Of a stretch of DNA of 64,000 nucleotides, positions 47,957-60,570 are shown piece by piece. Positions within the stretch are counted from its first letter, which is position 1, and every line of letters starts with the position of its first letter. Origin of the DNA: Macrostomum lignano (lineage: Eukaryota). The notes under the pieces were generated by a model, which saw only the letters and a program-made list of their open reading frames with translations, was not told the origin of the DNA and searched no databases. Location of the stretch: contig NIVC01000762.1 in NCBI GenBank assembly GCA_002269645.1, forward strand, positions 224,638-288,637. Direction: 5' to 3'. A program made the position numbers and the translations under genes.

Positions 47957-48552
47957 AGCACAACTGAGTTGTTGAGTTTGAGACTTTGTTCAACTGTACA
48001 CTTGTTGTTGTCTTTTTCGGTTTTGTCCAGTCCAGTCTTCAATGTACCGCTTTGCTGGCCAGAACAGAACAGATTTCTTTGATTAAATCTTCGTACCAGT
48101 AGAATACGATGGCCTCTATTCAAGCCAACATTACAGCCTGCAGCTTTCTATCGCGGTGAATAAATTTCAGCTTGTGGTTTAGTCTGATTGCACCTGGATA
48201 TTGTCGTTCTCTGAGCTTTTTTTCTGTGGCTTCAATTAGATCTCAGCTCTACTTGTACCTATATCTTCGAGACCTGTTTTTTGGACCTTCGTTATTATAA
48301 ACAAATTGTTCTAATTGTTATTAATTTCAAATCATCAATGTGACAAAATTTCAAATTGTGTCCAACCTGTGTGTCTCCTTGTTTGCCAAGCGCGCCTGTA
48401 ATCTGTTATTAAACGACGGCGTTTTCAAACAAACTCTTTTATCAGCGACAACATGAATTCGTTAATCAAAACAGCTCAATCATGCTCTTATTTAGTTTTT
48501 GTTTTTCTAAAATATTTGCAGGAGGGCTGTGGGCTGCCTAGCGCAAAGCCTT

Positions 48553-49118
<566 letters not shown>

Positions 49119-49519
49119 TAGCGTATAATTAGTTAAAAACGTGAGTTGAAGCACGCTGATTGGTTAAAGTCTTGCAGCTAAAGCCTTGCACAAAAATAAA
49201 GATGTTAGGTGCTATAGAAAAACAGATTTGAAGCGTAGAAGTGTATGACCAAGCATCTTGAAAAGTTTAACAAATAAGTTAATTACGCCCGTAGAAAAAA
49301 ACTAATATTAAATTAATACAGAGCACTGAGAACTTTGCATAAATAAGTGTAAATAATTAGATGTAACTATTGAATTCATATACAGTAATTAATTGGGTAG
49401 CCAGACAGGCCACGCGAGACGCAGTTGGCGAAGTCTGGTCATAGATCGCCGCCTGCACAGCCCCTGGTCACAGGCGGCTGGGCACTGCCGATTGGTTGTA
49501 CATTGATAGTAGAATAGTA

Positions 49520-49556
<37 letters not shown>

Positions 49557-50249
49557 AGTAGTAGTAGTCGTAATCGTAGTAGAGCCGTACTGGTAGCAGT
49601 AATTTGAAGTAGCCAGTCAGGCCACGAGGATCGCAGTTGGCGGCGTCTGGTCACAGGCGACTGGGCACTGCCGATCAGTTGAAGCTAGATTGTCAGTAGT
49701 AGTAGCACTAGTAGTTGCAGTAGTAGTAGAGTAGTAGTAGTCGTAATCGTAGTCGTAGTCGTAGTAGTGTCGTACATTAAATATTTGCAGCTGCAGAAAT
49801 AGTACTCTTGCTTATCCAGAGTAGATTTTTAGCGGAAAATATACGTAGACTTTTTGTTGACAAACATGGCGAGCCTCAATAATCCGGTCCTGGGTAATAG
49901 ATATGCAAAAGGCAGCTTCAAACTGCAAACCACACGGTGCTATTGTGTGCACATTCCCAGTTGTAGGACAACACTCCGCCCACCAGCAGCACTGACAAGG
50001 CCAAGTGAAACTTGATGCAATTCTGGTTCAGAATGCGAGTTGGTTAGTTCAGCCCCACAGCCAGGCTGTTAGATCTGTCTGGTGTCCAAGTCGCGTGCAG
50101 CAGCCAGGGTCACACGCGCAAGTCAGCGCTGATGGAACTGTCGTGCTATTCGATTCACAGAACTTGCCGAGGCCTAGACCATGGACTTCTTGACCATAGA
50201 ATCTGGACTGGACATTAGTAGCTGATGACGAATTTTTGGATATTTATAG

Positions 50250-50736
50250 CAGGATCGTCGCCATCTGTGGGGACAGGGGGACATGCCCCCCCCCCCCAGT
50301 AAAAGCTATTGATAGGACATGTAAATCCTGTGTCCCCCCCGTCCCACCTTGCGAATTGATATGAAAATCAATAATTTTGCTTCAGGGGTGACGGAATATA
50401 ACGCCTTCAGCGCCAAAATGAGTGTCTGCGGCGCCAAAATGAGTGCCTGCGGCGCCAAAATGAGTGTCTGCGGCGCCAAAATGAGTGCCTGCGGCGCCAA
50501 AATGAGTGTCTGCGGCGCCAAAATGAGTGTCTGCGGCGCTAAAATGAGTGCCTGCGGCGCCAAAATGAGTGCCTGCGGCGCCAAAATGAGTGCCTGCGGC
50601 GCCAAAATGAGTGTCTACGGCGCCAAAATGAGTGTCTGCGGCGCCAAAATGAGTGCTAACAACACCAATTCCAAAAATAATGTAGGAATTAAGTGCTGTA
50701 AAATTTTTGGCCCGTAGAACCCATAGCAACGCCTAC
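50250..50736. mobile_element. Possible MITE-like element carrying an internal 21-bp tandem repeat (gcgccaaaatgagtgtctgcg x ~12, 50410-50657)
   Basis: Poorly matched inverted ends with subterminal G/C tracts, similar in style to 58391-58621. The tandem repeat itself is certain. Confidence 0.35.
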
Positions 50737-51329
50737 CGTTTTTTACTTTTCTAATCAACTTTAAAATTTTATCTGATTTTCTGCTTCATAGACCCCCCTT
50801 TTTCGGCCATAGACTATATAAAGAATAAAGAGTTTCAATTCCAGATAACCAGACCAAGGCCTCCTTGGTCATTGGGGTTGACAGTATTTTTTACTTTGCT
50901 GCCCAGGACATCGGGTCTGCAGGAGGCTCAAGCGTGCGCAAAGGCTCTCTGCGAGATGGATGCTTGGTTGCGCAGACAATTGCGCAGTTAAATGGCACCA
51001 GAGACTCATGCATGTAGCTGCACTTCAGCTGTGCAATATAAGCCCCCATTGATTCACATGGTCTGCTCTGGTCACATGGGCCTGCTTAACTTTCAATTTG
51101 TATTATTTACTTAGCAGCGCGACACCATGGCACTGCCCCCGGGGCCGTGTCGGCAGCAGCGGCGGCAGCAATACGTCTTCCAGGCCAATGACGGAATAAC
51201 AGAATCGGCCCAAATTATGGATGATTTTTGGTCAGGCGGTTTGGTGAGAAAATAGAAACTCTCCGCTGCCACTTTTGTGCAGCGATGGGACCGCGCTGTG
51301 CTGCTGTGTAGATGTATACAGTAGCTAAA

Positions 51330-51990
51330 CAGTCTGGAGAGGGTGTGAAGGAGGTTGAAGATAGTCTGGAGAGGGTGAGGAGAGGGTAAGGAGGGGGTGT
51401 GGAGAGTGTGGAGAGGGTGTGGAGAAGGTAAGAAGAGGATGTAGAAAGGGTGTGCAGAGGATGTGGAGAGGGTGTGGAAAGCATGAAAAGAGAATGAAAA
51501 GAAAATGAAAAGAGAATGAAAAGAGAATGAAAAGAGAATGAAAAGAGGGTGAGGAGATGGTATAGAGAGGGTGTGGAGAGGGTTAAGAGAGGGTGTGGAG
51601 AGGGTGTGGAGAGGGTGTGGAAAGCGTAAAAGGAGAATGAAGAGAGGGTGAGGAGAGGGTATAGAGAGGGTGTGGAGAGGGTATAGAGAGGGTGTGGAGA
51701 GGGTTAAGAGAGGGTGTGGAGAGGGTGTGGAGAGGGTGTGGAAAGCGTACAAAGAGAATGAAGAGAGGGTGAGGAGAGGGTATAGAGAGGGTGTGGAGAG
51801 GGTATGGAGAGGGTGTGGAGAGGGTATGGAGAGGGTGAGGAGAAGGTGTGGAGAGAGTAAGAAGAAGAGGGTAAAGAGAGGGATGAGAAGTTGAAAAGAG
51901 ATGTGATGAAGAGAGGCTGAGAAGTGGTTGAGGCGAGGGTAAACAGGGTCAGGAGAGGGTGAACAGAGGGTGGATTGGAGGGTCCGGAAA
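51330..51990. repeat. GA-rich low-complexity repeat (ggagagggtgt-like)
   Basis: Direct reading. Confidence 0.85.
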
Positions 51991-53054
51991 TGATGAAGAG
52001 ACGATGAAGACAGAATCCCGATGCTGTAAAAAACATTGGACGCGCGCGTGCTAGCTGCGTACTGTAAGTGCTTTCTGACCCGAAGATATCTCGGCATTAT
52101 TAATCATGCAGTCTGGTCCGAAACTGTAACTCAGTCGAAGACCCACGCATACCAGATGGAAGCCATGCAGCCCGACATTGTAGCGGCTTGCCTTCTTTCG
52201 TCAAGAAAAGGAACTAAAGCTAAAAAGAAGCCGAATTTCCTGCTTGTGGACAATATTTTTGGTGAGGGAAGAAGCCGCCGGTAGCTGATGTAGCGGAGGT
52301 TCTCCAGCTCTCTGTGGTTCTCCCAGCTTTATTCTCACGCCTGCTTGGCTGCCACGGTCTCACGGACGGAAATCCGAGAGACCAGGAGACCAGGAGTTGT
52401 TTATTCTGCAGTAACAAATTACTGATTATGGTTCTTTATATTTTTAATGTTCAAATAATGCTACTGATTTCAGTAGTAGCTTTCAAGGTGAAGCTATTCG
52501 CAAGTGTCTGCTTATATGGATGAGCGTACCTGTACGTGAAGATTCGGGTAAAGATTGGAAATTCTAACCTAGGAGGGAAGGTGGGTCAGGGAAGGCAGGT
52601 GGGTCAAGGAAAGGGAGTTGGGTCAAGGAAGGCTGATGGATCAAGGAAGGCTAGTGGGTCAAGAGAAGAGATAAGTGAGAATTCAATCTAGACTACTTAG
52701 AAAAGTAGATGAATAAATATTTGAATCGTAAAATCTGCCTTGTAAAATCTTGAAAACTGCAAGTATTTTTAGGCAATTAAAAAGGCTGTGTTTTTGGTAT
52801 GCATACATCTTTGCTTTAGGCTAGCTCAGGACGTGTAACAAAAAGTGTTCAAGATTTGTTAAAATATGGAAATGGTAGCAACTCCTTTGCACAATTGGCT
52901 ACAAATCCTTAGCAAACAAAAGCGTGCAAAGTTGGCAACTAAGTTCAAACTCAAGTAATTTAGAACACTTTTGAGATTTTTCTTTACTTAGAGACAGCAA
53001 AGCTGATGGCTACTTTGAGTGGCAAGGATTTCTGAGCTGGCGATCATGATTGTG

Positions 53055-54003
53055 AGTTCATGAGTGAGTTCATGAGTGAGTTCATGAGTGAGTTAATGAG
53101 TGAGTTCATGGGTGAGTTCATGAGTGAGTTCATGAGTGAGTTCATAGGTTTTTGAGTGAGTTCATGAGTGAGTTCATGAGTGAGTTCATGACTTTATGAG
53201 TGAGTTCACGAGTGATTTCATAGATTTTTGAGTGAGTTCATAGGTTTTTGAGTGAGTTCATGACTTTTTGAGTGAGTTCATGAGTGAGTTCATGAGTGTG
53301 TTCATGACTTTATGAGTGAGTTCATAGGTTTTTGAGTGAGTTCATAGGTTTTTGAGTGAGTTTATAGGTTTTTGAGTGAGTTCATAGGTTTTTGAGTGAG
53401 TTCATGAGTGAGTTCATGAGTGTGTTCATGACTTTATGAGTGAGTTCATAGGTTTATGAGTGAGTTCATGAGTGAGTTCAAGAGTGAGTTCATGAGTGAG
53501 TTCATGAGTGAGTTCATGAGTGAGTTCATGAGTGAGTTCATGAGTGAGTTCATAGGTTTTTGAGTGAGTTCATGAGTGAGTTCATGAGTGAGTTCATGAC
53601 TTTATTAGTGAGTTCACGAGTGATTTCATAGATTTTTGAGTGAGTTCATAGGTTTTTGAGTGAGTTCATGACTTTTTGAGTGAGTTCATGAGTGAGTTCA
53701 TGAGTGTGTTCATGACTTTATGAGTGAGTTCATAGGTTTTTGAGTGAGTTCATAGGTTTTTGAGTGAGTTTATAGGTTTTTGAGTGAGTTCATAGGTTTT
53801 TGAGTGAGTTCATGAGTGAGTTCATGAGTGTGTTCATGACTTTATGAGTGAGTTCATAGGTTTATGAGTGAGTTCATGAGTGAGTTCAAGAGTGAGTTCA
53901 TGACTTTATGACTGAGTTCATGAGTGAGTTCATGAGTGAGTTCATGAGTGAGTTCATGAGTGAGTTCATGAATGAGTTCATGCGTGAGTTCATGAGTGAG
54001 TTC
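53055..54003. repeat. 12-bp satellite (tgagttcatgag) with higher-order variants
   Basis: Direct reading. Confidence 0.95.
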
Positions 54004-55086
54004 ATTTGTACTGGTAGGCATTTAATTTTTAATTAGAAGCGTATAATTGTTTTAATTGAAAAAAAGTATATTTATGATGTTTTCTGGGTAATTGCTCTGG
54101 GTAATTGCTCTGGGTAATTGCTCTGGGTAAGTGCTTCGAACTGAGCGCAAACGGGATAGCAGTGACTCCAAAATGATAGATAGGCAAGCAATATATTGTA
54201 AAGCTAAGAAGCTAGGAAAATAACCGATTACTGAGAACATCAAACTCGCACAATAACTAAAAAGGAGTCAGAGAAAAAAGTGTTTAAACAGAACCAACAA
54301 AAAGTGCAGACTATGTTGAACAAAGCTTGAATCAGAGGATAAATATTGTTCGTAAAACAGTAAGTTGGCTAACATTAATGAATAAATTCCGAATAATTAA
54401 ATTAACCATTTTTCCTTGTGGTTGCAAAATTCTGAACCTTGTCTGGCGCGCTCCCACGCGTGCAGCCCCGAGCAATCAAAGCCTTTGAAACGTGAGACCC
54501 TGCCAGTTGTTTGTCAATTCCCATCAAGGATGCAGGGCGGATCCAGCATGCAAAAAACGCAGACTTTTAGTCGGCACGCGAATGCATTTAGTCGGGGATT
54601 TCACGCATGGTAGAAGGACGCCAGACTGGAGTTTCTTAGAAATTAGATATTTGTCGAGAGAGCTGAATGGGGTTTTACCATAGACAACAAAACCGGAGGA
54701 GAAAACCTATTCATCAAGAGCATACCGAGCGTATGGTAGCGGCATTCGTTCAGTCTCGAGAAGAGGGATGAAATTTAAGCTTAAAACTAAAAAAATTAAA
54801 AATTTTACATCAAATTTGATTACTCTGGCCGCAGATCTTTCTCGCTTCTAAATTTCTCTATAGGAAATGTTTTTCCATGCTTCGACACCATGCATATTAC
54901 GCATCAGCTAAATATAGATTTTTTGCTATGGAATGGACCGCAATTTGCTGAGTTCTCACATGAGGTGCGAGTTTTGATTCGAATTTTGGTCAAATAGTGA
55001 CCGCTGACCCCCTATCCTCATTTCTTCCTTGCTTTCTTTTTTCCCTATTGCTGTGCAGCTGGGTGTGCTCAATACACACTTGTTTC

Positions 55087-55395
55087 TCATGCCACCAACG
55101 GCTGCACCGATCCTGTGCCAGATTTGCACAAGAAAAGCTTCTTCAAGCATCTGCGAAAGTTGGCATTGAACGAACAATAAAACAGAAAGCTGGTGCCATT
55201 GGCGCTGAAGTGAAACATCAACAGATAGTCGGCAAGCAGGTTGTTTACTTCTGGGTTCAGGCCGAGATTACCGTTGAAAACCCAGCTCAGAGCATAGAAG
55301 CCAATGCTGGGCAGGTTCGAGCACAGGTAGAATGCCGACAGGATTAACACCATCTGACTGCCTGAGCGGCTTTGGGATTCGGACTCTTCGTAAGC
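55087..55395 (-). CDS. Class A (peptide-receptor-like) GPCR, last exon: ICL3-TM6-TM7-helix 8
   Basis: Acceptor ttccttacag| at 55396. VLILSAFYLCSNLPSIGFY...HFSANGTSFLFYCSFNANFRRCLKKLF. In frame (phase 0) with exon 60189-60570. Confidence 0.75.
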   Translation of the reverse strand, partial: AYEESESQSRSGSQMVLILSAFYLCSNLPSIGFYALSWVFNGNLGLNPEVNNLLADYLLMFHFSANGTSFLFYCSFNANFRRCLKKLFLCKSGTGSVQPLVA

Positions 55396-55814
55396 CTGTA
55401 AGGAAAATACATGCGATAATTAATTGGTCATGTTTCCCGGAAATTTTCTATTCAGGATGACAAAATTCTACAAAAAATTGTCGACAAGAGTCTTACTATC
55501 AGAAGTAAACGTTTCCCTTGGAGTTATCTGTGGTTGTTCTTTTTAACTGTATGTCAGGTTCAACTCTTATAACACGAAAAAGTCACAATAAAGCAAAAGG
55601 CAGATTGTGAGTCTGAGATGAATCGAGGATGGCGATCAGGTGGGAGTCCAGAGTAGCAATTGAGGAGAAATCAGAGACAGCTGCGAAAGTCAGCAAAGAG
55701 GAGGCACCGACTCGGTTGCATCATTGTTCTTCTTTCGCAAAAGTTAGCCACTGGCGAAGCTTTTAACTTGCACTTTATTTCTTAGAAACAGAACACAGTG
55801 CAGCACAGACAGCC

Positions 55815-57750
55815 ATGACGGCCCATCAGCCGCCTCCGGTCACATCAGGGCGACCTCTCAGCCCACCTGAGCCGCCGCAGTTCGAGTCGGTGCTCGAGTC
55901 GCTCGAGTCGGGAGACTGCGGCCTCCTCAGTGAGTGGCGGGCAGGACTTTCTCGGCAGGTCCTTGCTGCACGTCGCCAGCTTTCTAAGAAACGCAGAGGC
56001 CGCGCGGCTGCTCGTGGAGGCCTCTGCGAACGTCAACCTGGCCGCAGCTGACGGCTCTACGCCGCTGCACTGTGCCGTCCTCGGCAGCAGCGAGCGACTG
56101 ACGCGGCTGCTGGCTGCTGCGAGCCGGAGCGAGTCCAGCCGTCCGGACGGGGACGGACCGACCTGCGCTGCCACCGACAGCCGTCAGGAGCCGCCACCGG
56201 TCTCGGGAGCCGCCGTCCCGCTGCCGACTTCGCTGTTTCTGTGCGTCCTGCACGGCCGGGCTGGCGTTGTGGACGTTCTGACGGGCAATGTCGAAATCGT
56301 TCGAATATTGCTGAGTGCCGCTGCAGATCCCGACAGGCGGAACCCGAACTGCCCTCGTGGTTCAGCTCCACTGCATGAGGCTGAACAATTTGGGAACATT
56401 GACGTCATGAGCCAGCTGATTAGCGCAGGTGTGAATACCGAAATTACGGATGAAGAAGGCTTCACTCCTGTTCACCGTGCGGCAGAAAGCAACTTGAGCA
56501 CTGAGACAGCCGCAGTTCTCACCAAAGCCGGAGCCAATGTTGATTAATCTCCAGAAAGGTTAGATAATCGTTTAAAGTATTTTTATTTCGCAGTCTGGTC
56601 TTATTATAAGGAGGACGTGAAGCGGAATATCGCCGCTGCACACTGCAGTTCGTAAAGGAAGAGCAGAGCTGGTTGCCATGCTGCTCAGAGCTGGAGCCAG
56701 GGTCGACCTGCTGAACAGCAATGGCCGAACTCCCCTGGCATTGGCTGTTTATATGAAAAACTCCGGAGATCGTCCGGAGAGCTGATTCGAGCTGGAGCTT
56801 CAGCCGATATGAGCAGCGATAACAACTAGGATTTGGTCAAGCAGGCAATCGAGCGTCGGTAGCTGTCCATGGCTCGGATGCTGATTGAGGCTTCTGCAGA
56901 CATCGATGGAAAAAACAGCTTAGAGTGGTTTATAGTTGCCTAAGCAGCTGGGTTCACAGAGGCGGTGCAACTTCTGATCGATGCTGGTGTCAGCTGGGAT
57001 CAGCCAGGACCGATGGTCTTCACGCTGTCGTTGTTTACTATGATGCTTCCAGGCAATGACTCAGTCAGAGAATTTTTAATTGCTGCTGGAGCGGAATCGC
57101 CACCAGATGCGATTAAGATATTTTTTCTGCATTCTTCTCAGCCCCTATATCGCAGCGCCGACCGTCCGGTCAGCGGAGGAGCAGCGCCAGGAGCAGCTCG
57201 CGGCTGTCCGAAGCCATGCGAGCCGCCGGGTTCAAGCAGGCCAACGCGGCAGTTCAGAGCGGCGCTGCAGGACATCCTGAGACACCCGATGGATTACAAC
57301 GACTTCTTTATGTTCGGTAGCTTCGCAGACGGGTGGGGCAGCAGCCTGGAGACTCTGAACGGGGAGATCAGCTGGGACTCCGACATTGACGTCACCTTCA
57401 TTGAGTCCGATAGACTGTCAGAGCTGCTGCAGCTGATCGGTGAGCTGCCAGACTGCGCCAGATTAGCCAGAGAGAGCCTCAGGTTGATGGCGCATCTCAA
57501 AGTCGGAGCACCGCTGGATGCGGCCGGTGCTGCAGCAGGACTGACGGGCCAGGAGAGCAGCGGCATCGAGTGTCCGGAGAGTCCTGGCGGAGGCAGCGAG
57601 CTGCTGTCGGTAGGCGAGGCGAAGGAGCTCGTGTGGCGGCACCTGGAGGAGACCGACTCCGCCGCAGTGCTTCAGTTTGTGTTTGAAGAAAGTCTGGATT
57701 TTAGATTTCTGCCGTCTCGCGTCAAGAAAATATTCAGGATTATCTTGTGA
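55815..57750 (+). pseudogene. Ankyrin-repeat + Mab-21/cGAS-like nucleotidyltransferase pseudogene, nested in the GPCR intron
   Basis: Several ANK repeats (GRSLLHVAS, GSTPLHCAV, GSAPLHEA, GFTPVHRAA, GISPLHTAV, GRTPLALAV) broken by frameshifts and stops. These are followed by FGSFADGWG..WDSDIDVTFI, a pol-beta-superfamily hGS..DhDh motif (about 57310-57405). Confidence 0.72.
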
Positions 57751-58390
57751 GACAGTTTTGCACCTGAATATGGCCGGTTGCTGATTCTCCCAGTAGATTT
57801 TAGAAAACTTCTGGCGAGTCTGGCTGCTCAGGATGAGGCAGCTTCAACTTCATACAGGCATTTTTGGCGCAAAGTCATGAACTCGTACGCAATTCGAATC
57901 TGAATAATATTTTAACAAATTTATTTTGCAAATTCAATTTAGCCTTGTAAAGTTCCAGTAGTTGTTAATCCTTGAAATTGTCAGTAAAGTGTGAATTTCA
58001 CTGTTGTACTTTTGCGACCTAAACCTAACCACGGAGCTGCTGCCCATGGCGCTGGATGCAGTTGAGAGGCTGAGATCCGAAGATGAAGCTGGCGTGGTGC
58101 AGCAGCTGCTCGGGCCGCAAGAGGATGCTGAGGGCTGACTGCTCCATGGATTTGGATCCCTGCTGACTGACATTTCAATTTGCATGATTTTTCCCGGATG
58201 GGAAGTCTGAGCATAAAGAGGCTGGACCCGTGCCTCTCACAAACTCTTTTGATCAAAATTTTTATATTTGAAACACAAAAGCGCCGTCTGACAGCAGACA
58301 TTTTTCCTTTTGATCATCTTTCAGTGTATACTTTTACATTACATTTTATTCATGAATATACCCTCGTAACTGTCTTTTTCTGTATTTTCG

Positions 58391-58621
58391 CGGGGCGTCG
58401 CCACAGATTCTATTGTGGGGGAAAGGGGACAACCCCCCCCCTACATGACTAAATTCCTGCATCATTCTGAGAATCGGTGTTTCTAGCACTCTTTTTGGCA
58501 ACGTGAAGCAAAATTATTGATTCCCACAACTGGGCACAAAGACTTTGCATCCACCCCATAGCTTTTACGGGGGGGGGAGGGCATGACCCCCTTGTGCCTC
58601 ACCCCTGGTAGCGACGCCCCT
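58391..58621. mobile_element. MITE-like element with GGGGCGTCGC terminal inverted repeats
   Basis: ggggcgtcgc (58392-58401) and gcgacgcccc (58611-58620) are exact inverses; subterminal C and G tracts; no ORF. Confidence 0.65.
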
Positions 58622-59035
58622 CATATTCTCTAGATTCTCTCTATGACTATCAATAATTTTGAGACTATAATTTTAATATCTGAACAAACGAGTTATGTAA
58701 TTCAATTATAACAACTTAAAAATCATAATTTTGTCCAATTAATAATTATTAATTCTCTTGATTATGAGATGATCTGTTCCTATCAAGTAAGCTCACCAGA
58801 ATTCTAGATTTGAGATCAAGGACACTGGGTGCTCACTCGAACGAAACAAGAAATCATTGAGTCAGAAGTCTGAGTCACACTCTTGCAATTGCACCACCAA
58901 CTTTACTACAGTCTTTTGGCATGCGTGTGCATTTTTGTTAGGGTCCGGGAGGCACCAGCCTTGGTGGCCATGGACTCTTAATTGCCCTTGAATCTGCTTT
59001 CAAAGCATTTTTAAAGCATTCAGAGACAGGTGGCT

Positions 59036-59380
59036 CCGTGCACCCTGGCGCACTTTAAGCGACATTGTCGCAACCCACGAGAGGCATTGCTGCCCATTAC
59101 GCCGACTCCCCTGAGCAGGCACACAAGCGCGCAGATACGTACGCAGTCATACGCACAGGCACACACCCACACAGGAGTGCACAGCGGCCCTAACTTTATT
59201 TATCGTTAGGCATGTACACTTCACTGTGCCTTGGAGGTTGGCATTCAAGCTGGGCGTTAATTGCACGATCAGAGCCAAGCCGAGATTCCAATTTCGCCCC
59301 AAAAGCCCCAAATTAATGTGACTGCACTTGGAATCGAGTCTGGGCCGCTGGCCGCGCCAGACGACTGGACTACGCCCCCA
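59036..59380 (-). mobile_element. tRNA-derived SINE-like repeat, copy 2
   Basis: Homologous to 24266-24520. Head GGGGGCGTAGTCCAGT...GACTCGATTCC. Confidence 0.6.
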
Positions 59381-59619
59381 ACCCACTAAATCGAACATAC
59401 TGTTTAGGCTTTACCTTGATTAAACTTGATCAAACTAGATATTGCATGATCAATTTCATAACTACCAGAACGAATTGCCTGGCAAAACTAATTATATTAA
59501 TTAAAGCTAACTGTTGGTTCCGAGACAGGGTCATCGGAGCACGCGATGTTAAAAATAGAATCATTCAAGCAAACTTATTTCGTTGAAAATGTGAGTTTCT
59601 GGCATGTGAGTGATTGCAA

Positions 59620-60110
59620 AAGTTTATGAGTTCATGTGTGACTTCATGAGTTTATGAGTGAGTTCATGAGTTTATGAGTGAGTTTTTGAGGTCATTGAAG
59701 AGTCCATGAGGCCATTGGAGAGTTCACGAGTTAGTTCATGAGGTCATTGGAGAGTCCATGAGGCCATTGGAGAGTTCACGAGTTAGTTCATGAGGTCATT
59801 GGAGAGTTCACGAGTTAGTTCATGAGGTCATTGGAGAGTCCATGAGGTCATTGGAGAGTTCACGAGTTAGTTCATGAGGTCATTGGAGAGTCCATGGGAT
59901 CATTGGAGAGTCCATGAGATCATTGGAGAGTCCATGAGATCATTGGAGAGTCCATGAGGTCATTGGAGAGTCCATGAGATCATTGGAGAGTCCATGAGGT
60001 CATTGGAAAGTTCACGAGTTAGTTCATGAGATCATTGGAGAGTCCATGAGGTCATTGGAGAGTCCATGAGGTCATTGGAGAGTCCATGAGGTCATTGGAG
60101 AGTTCACGAG
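59620..60110. repeat. 20-bp minisatellite (gagagtccatgaggtcattg) and variants
   Basis: Direct reading. Confidence 0.9.
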
Positions 60111-60188
60111 TGACTTTATAAGTTGAAAGGTGGGTTAGTGAGTTACTAAAAGAGGGGTCTGTACATGAGTCGGAGAACAAATGCTCAC

Positions 60189-60570
60189 CGCGGCGGAGGC
60201 CCCAACTCCGAACTGTAGCCGGCGCCGCGCTGCCGCCCGGTACATAAGCGCCGCCAGGCAGATGTTGCAGCCGGCCAGCAGGAAGCAGGGCACGGCGCTG
60301 TACAGCACGAACTCAGCGGCCACGAATGCCTGAACAACCAACGGGTTGGAGAAGTCGCACACCTTCGGTTCATTCTGAGACTGTCCGGACTCCAAACCGG
60401 TGGAGTTGGTTAAGTTCACCGAATTGGAATTGGCCGGTGACGCTGGCGACGGCGACTCCAGGCTGAGGTAGTGCAGCAGCGGCCAGTTCCTTGCCACTGA
60501 GGCTGCCGTCAGCAGGGCGATGAGGACCGGCACGAAGCTGGGAGAGGTGTGCGGCTTGCGCCAGGTGGGT
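60189..60570 (-). CDS. Class A GPCR, exon encoding ICL2-TM4-ECL2-TM5
   Basis: Acceptor cttattgcag| and donor GCG|GTGAGC. PVLIALLTAASVARNWPLL..KVC..EFVLYSAVPCFLLAGCNICLAALMYRAAARRR. TM1-3 exons were not found in the window. Confidence 0.72.
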
